DNA from: Promethearchaeota archaeon
GTDB taxonomy: Archaea > Asgardarchaeota > Lokiarchaeia > Sigyniarchaeales > SOKP01
Direction of reading: 5' to 3'
Assembly: GCA_030606485.1 (NCBI GenBank)
Contig: JAUWGH010000004.1
Span: 330,001 to 362,000 of the forward strand
Length of the DNA: 32,000 nt
Shown here: in pieces, positions 26,211 to 32,000 of the stretch
Layout of the letters: each line of letters begins with the position of its first letter
Position numbering within the stretch: the first letter of the stretch is position 1
The notes under the pieces: model-generated
The model's database searches: none
What the model was told of the DNA's origin: nothing
What the model saw: only the letters and a program-made list of their open reading frames with translations
Made by a program: the position numbers and the translations under genes

Positions 26211-27521
26211 TTAATAATTTTTTAACCTAAAGATTTCTAAGGAAACATCTATTATTTTTGATGCTATATATCGTTTTGTATTTAATGGAACATGTATAAT
26301 ATTTTTATCTTTGTCAATAATAAAGACTTCATTTGTTTTAGTTCCGAACCCTCTTTCATCACGTCCTACATCATTGGCGACAATTAAGTCAATATTTGAT
26401 TTTATAAGGCGTTTATAGGCTCTTTCAATAAGCTCTTTTTCAGAAACCTTCGTTTCAGCCTTAAAACCTACAATAAAAACATTTTTATCCGTTTCTCTTG
26501 CTATATCAATAATTTTTGGAGTTAATCTTAATCCCAGACTTAATTCTTCATTTTTACTAGAGGAGATTTTTCCTTCTAAATATTCTTTTGGGGTGTAATC
26601 ACTAATTGCTGCTGCAGAAATGAAAAAATCATATTTATTTTTTGTTAATTCTTCTTTAACTATGTTTAAAAATTCTTTTGTAGAAGTCGCCGGAACCATA
26701 TCTATATATGCAGGAACCTTTTTGGTACCTTTTCCATATATTAATAAAACATCGCCTCCTCTAACCTTTACTTCCTTCGCTAGTTCAACACCCATTCTTC
26801 CTGATGATTTGTTTGAAATAAATCTAATTTCATCTATATACTCTCTTGTGGGACCAGCTGTTATAAGAAATCGTTTTCCCTCTAAATCTTTTACAAGATG
26901 CACTAAATCAATTACTCTTTGGATGATATCATCAACTCTTGCAATTTTTGCTTTTCCTTCAGATATTCTTGGACCCAGGATATCAACCCCTAGTCGTTTT
27001 AATTTAAGAATATTTTCCTCCAAGATTGGGTGATTGAACATACTTTCATGCATTGCTGGAACAATAATTATAGGAATCTGAGTTCCAAAAGCTGTAGTAA
27101 CGACTGTGGTTACTACTGTATCGTCGATTCCAGTAGCTATTTTTGAGATTGTATTTGCTGTCGCAGGACAGATTAAAATAAGATCGGCTTTTCCTAACCT
27201 TTTGGGTCGTTGTCCTGCTAAATAGACATGTTCAACATTGCCAGTTAATTTTGTTATTGTTGGATTTCCGGTAGCCCAGTGCATTAGATCGGGACCAAGT
27301 AATTTTGTGGCAGCTCTAGTCATAACACATACCACTTCAGCACCGAGTCGCATTAGCTCTCTAGATATAATTGGGGCTTGAATTATTGCCACACTACCAG
27401 TGACGCACAAGCATATTGTTTTTCCTCTTAAAATAGTTCCCTTAGATTCTAAAATTTCCTTAGAGGGATGATCTTTATTCATATTAATCAAACTCTGAAA
27501 TATGTAATTTTTTAAATTCAA
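26211..27521 (-). CDS. coaBC: Bifunctional phosphopantothenoylcysteine decarboxylase/synthetase
   Basis: VTGSVA, PATANTISKIATGIDD, PAMHESM, LITAGPTREYID.IRFISNKSSGRMG, AAISDY, VGFKAET, IVANDV. Confidence 0.96.
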   Translation of the reverse strand: MNLKNYIFQSLINMNKDHPSKEILESKGTILRGKTICLCVTGSVAIIQAPIISRELMRLGAEVVCVMTRAATKLLGPDLMHWATGNPTITKLTGNVEHVYLAGQRPKRLGKADLILICPATANTISKIATGIDDTVVTTVVTTAFGTQIPIIIVPAMHESMFNHPILEENILKLKRLGVDILGPRISEGKAKIARVDDIIQRVIDLVHLVKDLEGKRFLITAGPTREYIDEIRFISNKSSGRMGVELAKEVKVRGGDVLLIYGKGTKKVPAYIDMVPATSTKEFLNIVKEELTKNKYDFFISAAAISDYTPKEYLEGKISSSKNEELSLGLRLTPKIIDIARETDKNVFIVGFKAETKVSEKELIERAYKRLIKSNIDLIVANDVGRDERGFGTKTNEVFIIDKDKNIIHVPLNTKRYIASKIIDVSLEIFRLKNY

Positions 27522-27810
27522 AATAAAAGTAATGATTATTTCATTAAAATTTTTTCAAAAATAAAACCATAATTATAAATTAACTGATTTTTAATTTTAT
27601 TTTCATAAAATTTGATAAAATTGAAGATAAAAAAGTTATTCTTGTAAAAGCGAAGGAGCCTCCGGATGAGGTATTAGAAATTTTTATAAATAACAAATTA
27701 CTTGGATCAAGCAATAAGAAAGATTTAGAAGAAGGTTTCATATTTTAATAAAATTTAAATAATTCGCCAATTAATTGTAATTTATTTCTAATAATCATTA
27801 ATGAATTTCT

Positions 27811-28992
27811 ATGTTTGATGTAATAATTTCTGGAGCTGGTCCATCTGGTTCTAAATGTGCAGAAATTTTAGCTAAAAATGGTTTTAAGGTTGCATTAATT
27901 GAAAAAGATACTAATTGGCGAAAACCTTGTGGAGGAGGTGTAAGTGCGAGGATTTTTAAATATTATCCTCAATTAAGAAAATTCAATATCCCAAAAAAGA
28001 AAAATATTGTAATGTTTTCCTCACAATATTATAAATTGGAAAATAGATGGGAAAAACTTAAAGATTACTCAATTGTAATGGATCGATTAGAATTGGATAA
28101 TATAATGAGAGATGTAGCGGTTGATGCGGGAGTAGAACTATTTGATAAGAATATTTCCTTTGATTATGTAATTAAAAATCAAAAAAAAATTGGAATCAGG
28201 ACAAAAACACCTTCAGGTGTTAATGAATATTTAGGTAAAATAATTATTATAGCCGATGGAATGAGTTCTAAATTGGCAATAAAATCAGGATTGAGAGAAC
28301 GATGGAAAACTGAACAACTTGGTATAGCAAAATGTGCTATTTTAGAAGGGGAAAATTCTTTAGATTCAAGTTCTATTTATATTTTCTTTCGGCCTTATAA
28401 AGGATACGGATGGATATTTCCTATAGATGAACACCGTTTTAATATTGGTTGTGGGACATTTGAAGAAGATAATTTTAGCTATAATTTAAATGAAATTTAC
28501 AAGGAGTTTTTAAATAACCCAAATATTAAAGATCTTTTACCAAGATCGAATTACAAACAAATATGGATGGATTCTTATCCCTTACCAAGTGTAGGAGTAT
28601 TAGAAAAAAGCTTATATGGAGAGAATTTAATGCTTATTGGAGATGCTGCAGGATTTGTATCCCCCATAAGTGGGGAAGGAATACATGCAAGTATAGTATC
28701 AGGAGATGTAGCTGCTGAAATTGCAATTAATGCTTTAGAAAAAGAAGATATCTCAGAAAATACGTTAAAAAAATATAAATTTCATCCAAAAATTAAGAAA
28801 ATAATTCGAAATTTTAAAATAAAACATTCAATGGCAGATTTCTTTTTTGAAAATAGGGGTCAAAATCTTAATACCGTATTTAAAATAGCTGAAAAAGATA
28901 TAGCATTCAAACAAGAAGTTATAAATATATTTTTATACAATGCTACTCCTCCAAAGGAATTTTTTCAAAGAATAAAAAATACGATTTCTTAA
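27811..28992 (+). CDS. Geranylgeranyl reductase-family FAD-dependent oxidoreductase
   Basis: DVIISGAGPSGS, KPCGGG, IIIADG, GYGWIFP, LIGDAAGFVSPISGEGI. Confidence 0.9.
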   Translation: MFDVIISGAGPSGSKCAEILAKNGFKVALIEKDTNWRKPCGGGVSARIFKYYPQLRKFNIPKKKNIVMFSSQYYKLENRWEKLKDYSIVMDRLELDNIMRDVAVDAGVELFDKNISFDYVIKNQKKIGIRTKTPSGVNEYLGKIIIIADGMSSKLAIKSGLRERWKTEQLGIAKCAILEGENSLDSSSIYIFFRPYKGYGWIFPIDEHRFNIGCGTFEEDNFSYNLNEIYKEFLNNPNIKDLLPRSNYKQIWMDSYPLPSVGVLEKSLYGENLMLIGDAAGFVSPISGEGIHASIVSGDVAAEIAINALEKEDISENTLKKYKFHPKIKKIIRNFKIKHSMADFFFENRGQNLNTVFKIAEKDIAFKQEVINIFLYNATPPKEFFQRIKNTIS

Positions 28993-29028
28993 AATTTAAT
29001 TATAAATTATTAATAAAAAGAATTTGAA

Positions 29029-29100
29029 TGGACCTGACGGGAATCGAACCCGTGACCTCTTGAATGCGAATCAAGCGATCTTCCTCTGATCTACAGGCCC
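29029..29100 (-). tRNA. tRNA-Ala (anticodon CGC), intronless, CCA not encoded
   Basis: The reverse complement GGGCCTGTAGATCAGAGGAAGATCGCTTGATTCGCATTCAAGAGGTCACGGGTTCGATTCCCGTCAGGTCCA folds as a cloverleaf with anticodon stem CTTGA/TCAAG, loop TTCGCAT and T-loop GTTCGATTC. It has the G3:U70 alanine identity pair and discriminator A. Confidence 0.96.
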
Positions 29101-29325
29101 TTATTTAAGATAATTACTATGAGGAAATTAATTTCTACTAACTCTTTTTAAACTACTAAATAATATTTTTAGATCTTCTTTATCGATAGCAACTTTTAAT
29201 TTATATTTAATATTTAGAATCATCAAAAATAAATAATTTTGATGTATTCTGATAATATACATTAATACATAAAAAAGAAAATTGCAAAACTTAACTAGTA
29301 ATTGAATTAATTTGGCTAAAATATA

Positions 29326-31923
29326 ATGTCGGAGAAAAATAACTTCCCTAAGCGATATAATTTTTCAGAAATCGAAAAAAAATGGATAGAATATTGGAAA
29401 AAAGAAAATATATACAAATTTGATTTAAATAAAGAAGGACAAATATTTACGATTGATACACCACCCGATTTTACAAGTGGGGATTTGCATATGGGGCATA
29501 TATTAAATCATTCATGGATTGATTTTGTCGCACGATTTCGAAGAATGCAGGGAATTAATGTTTACTTTCCTCAAGGTTATGATTGCCATGGTCTTCCAAC
29601 AGAATTAGCTGTAGCAGAAGAATTTAAAATAGATAAATATGATAGAGAAAATTTTCTTAAAAAGTGCATTGAATGGACAGAAAATTGCATAAAACGAATG
29701 ACCAGGCAATTTGATGAATTAGGATATTCTACAGATTGGAATTATATTTATAGAACAATGGATAACACGTATAAAAAGCAAGTTCAAGAATCTCTTTTGG
29801 ATTATTATGAGAAAGGTTGGCTATATCGCGCTAAACATCCTACACATTATTGCATGAACTGTCAAACTTCTGTCGCTAAAGCAGAAGTAGGATATATGGA
29901 TGAAGCGGCAAAAATTTGGGAAGTTAAATTACCTTTAGCAAATTATCCTGAAGAATACATTATTATTGCGACGACTAGACCAGAATATATTGAAGCATGT
30001 GTTGGCATCTTTGTTCATCCGAATGATGAAAGGCATTATGATTTAATAGGAACTCAGATAAGAATCCCATTTTCAGAAAGAATTGTTCGTGTTGAAGCTG
30101 ATAAAGAAGTGGATATGAATTTTGGAACTGGAATTGTATATTTATGTACTTTTGGGGATGAGATGGATATACGATTGCAGAGGAGATATAATCTCCCAGT
30201 TGTTCAAATTTTTACTAAAGATGGTCTCATGAATGAAAATTCAAAATTTCAGGGTTTGACAATTCTTAAAGCTCGTGAAAAAATTTTAGAAGAATTAGAT
30301 AAAATGGGATTATTAATAAGCGAGAAAGAATATCAACATCGAATAATAGTTCATACAGAAAGATCTTCCTGCAAGCAACCAATTGAATATCTCCCAATTC
30401 CTCAATGGTTTATTAAAGTTAAGGATTTCACAAGAGAGATTATAGAATCTGGAGAAAAAATGAAATGGTTTCCGGAAAAACATAAACGACGTCTAATTGA
30501 TTGGTGCAAAAGTCTAGATTGGGATTGGGTCATTTCTAGACAGAGAGTATTTGGAACACCTATACCATTTTGGTATTGTAATGATTGTGGGGAAATTTTT
30601 TCCGCAAAAAGAGAAGATTTGCCCGTTGATCCAGCAAAAGAAGAATCGCCTGTAAAAGAATGCACAAAATGTAAGAGTAAAGATATTATTGGTGAAAAGG
30701 ACATTTTAGACTGTTGGATTGACTCAAGCATCACACCTCTGGTTATATCAAAATGGAAAATTGATAATGATTTCTTTGATAAGACATACATGAAAGCCCG
30801 AGTTCATAGACCACAAGGCTATGAAATTATCAGAACATGGCTATTTTATACATTATTTCGCTGTAAAAAACTAACAGGAAAAGATCCATTTGATGAGGTT
30901 ATGATTAATGGGATGGTGGCAGGTCCTGATGGTAGAAAAATGTCTAAAAGTTTTGGTAATGTCGTTTCTCCAGATGAAGTTTTACCCCTATATGGAGCGG
31001 ATGCACTAAGACAGTGGGCTGCAATGGGTTCATTAGGTGATGATTATCCGTTTGAATATTCATGGATTGAGAAAAATACCAAACAACCTGTTAGTAAAGA
31101 TAAAATCGATGAAGAAAAAAATAAATTGCCTGAAGATAAATTCAATAGAAAATATGAGAGAAGATACAACCAATTAATAGGGGCTTCTAAATTTCTAACA
31201 AAAATATGGAATGCATATAGATTTTTATATTTAGCTAATAAAAGAATTGATTTAAAAGAGATTGACATTGAAATAAATGAATTATCCGCTATTGATAGCT
31301 ATTTTTATAAAGAATTTAATAAAGTTCTTGAATATATAACAAATTCATTCGAAGGATATAATTGGCATGAAGGATTTGCAGCATTTCGCTCATTTTTCTG
31401 GTATGAAATATGTGATGATTACATTGAGGCAATAAAATATAAATTTTATTTAAAAGATGAAGCAATAAAACAAAATGCATTAAAAACCGTATTAAATCTG
31501 ATGCATAAAATACTAAAGATTTTAGCAATAATAAGTCCTTTTATTTCAGAGGATATTTATTCTATTCTCTTTAAAAATTATATAAAACAGAAATCAATCC
31601 ATTTTGAAAAATGGCCAGTTCCTTATAAAGGAATTTCAGAAAAATTAGCTGAACAAGGTAAATTTGGTATAGAAATTATTAAAAATGTTAGAATGGTTAA
31701 ATCTTCAAATAAAATTCCATTGAATCAAGAATTAAATAAAGTTATATTAATTTTAGACATTAATAAAGCAAAAATGTTGGAAGCGCTACAAATCGATATT
31801 AAAAAAACAATTAGAATTAAAGAATTAATAGTAATTGATAAAGAGACACAGAGATCATTAACTACACCCGATATAGAAGAGAAGATAGAAGATTTAGGTT
31901 TAAATATTTTAATTTATAAATAA
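29326..31923 (+). CDS. valS: Valine--tRNA ligase (archaeal type)
   Basis: IDTPPDFTSGDLHMGH (HIGH-like), ATTRPE editing motif, DWVISRQRVFGTPIP, QGYEIIRTW, KMSKS. Confidence 0.96.
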   Translation: MSEKNNFPKRYNFSEIEKKWIEYWKKENIYKFDLNKEGQIFTIDTPPDFTSGDLHMGHILNHSWIDFVARFRRMQGINVYFPQGYDCHGLPTELAVAEEFKIDKYDRENFLKKCIEWTENCIKRMTRQFDELGYSTDWNYIYRTMDNTYKKQVQESLLDYYEKGWLYRAKHPTHYCMNCQTSVAKAEVGYMDEAAKIWEVKLPLANYPEEYIIIATTRPEYIEACVGIFVHPNDERHYDLIGTQIRIPFSERIVRVEADKEVDMNFGTGIVYLCTFGDEMDIRLQRRYNLPVVQIFTKDGLMNENSKFQGLTILKAREKILEELDKMGLLISEKEYQHRIIVHTERSSCKQPIEYLPIPQWFIKVKDFTREIIESGEKMKWFPEKHKRRLIDWCKSLDWDWVISRQRVFGTPIPFWYCNDCGEIFSAKREDLPVDPAKEESPVKECTKCKSKDIIGEKDILDCWIDSSITPLVISKWKIDNDFFDKTYMKARVHRPQGYEIIRTWLFYTLFRCKKLTGKDPFDEVMINGMVAGPDGRKMSKSFGNVVSPDEVLPLYGADALRQWAAMGSLGDDYPFEYSWIEKNTKQPVSKDKIDEEKNKLPEDKFNRKYERRYNQLIGASKFLTKIWNAYRFLYLANKRIDLKEIDIEINELSAIDSYFYKEFNKVLEYITNSFEGYNWHEGFAAFRSFFWYEICDDYIEAIKYKFYLKDEAIKQNALKTVLNLMHKILKILAIISPFISEDIYSILFKNYIKQKSIHFEKWPVPYKGISEKLAEQGKFGIEIIKNVRMVKSSNKIPLNQELNKVILILDINKAKMLEALQIDIKKTIRIKELIVIDKETQRSLTTPDIEEKIEDLGLNILIYK

Positions 31924-32000
31924 CTTTCAACCTATTGGAGCAATAAATACTTTCTATTAAATTATTGTTCGCCTTCAAGTTGAGAAATTATTTGTTTTTT

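Noticed and set aside
27584-27748. Short open frame (KIEDKKVILVKAKEPPDEVLEIFINNKLLG...) between coaBC and the GGR gene
   Set aside because: It has no ATG and no recognisable motif; at best a remnant.
29029-29100. tRNA-Ala as the integration site of the island
   Set aside because: It lies about 9 kb from the island among housekeeping genes, and I saw no duplicated tRNA 3' fragment or integrase.
958-31528. Short antisense or overlapping ORFs in the track (958, 4868, 5584, 5974, 6557, 8336, 8470, 8636, 8884, 8918, 9530, 10433, 15744, 17275, 19227, 21824, 22196, 26620, 30402, 31044, 31316)
   Set aside because: Almost all lie opposite well-supported genes and have the F/L/I/S-rich composition expected of shadow frames in AT-rich DNA. 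15744 and 19227 are intergenic but equally unconvincing.
1-32000. CRISPR array, IS element or rRNA
   Set aside because: I found no regularly spaced direct repeats, transposase motifs, terminal inverted repeats or rRNA-like GC-rich tract by eye.

Overview
A very AT-rich archaeal window, most consistent with an Asgard (Lokiarchaeia-like) chromosome. This is inferred from gene content (archaeal-type ValRS, topoisomerase VI, GINS, geranylgeranyl-reductase family) and was not confirmed by a search. The left end (1-6735) encodes a large membrane-anchored HEAT-repeat protein cut off by the window edge, a GINS subunit and a GH20 hexosaminidase. The right end (about 20700-32000) is housekeeping: wHTH regulator, top6B-top6A-HEAT operon, coaBC, GGR-family reductase, tRNA-Ala(CGC) and valS. 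Between them (about 6950-20350) lies an accessory-looking island with two decaying genes (MazG/YpjD-like and TPR), a LamG-like/HEPN fusion, an NDT-like protein and a PyrE-like PRTase. The best candidate for an undescribed system is a tightly coupled plus-strand operon (9573-14971). In order it encodes a divergent histone doublet, two paralogous 273-aa putative winged-helix proteins, a minimal AAA+ ATPase, a GC-rich 29-bp palindrome, a small protein split by a -1 frameshift, a zinc-hook SMC-like ATPase (Sph/ClsN/Rad50-like) and an AbrB-type regulator. No integrase, att site or CRISPR array was seen. All family assignments come from motif recognition by eye.
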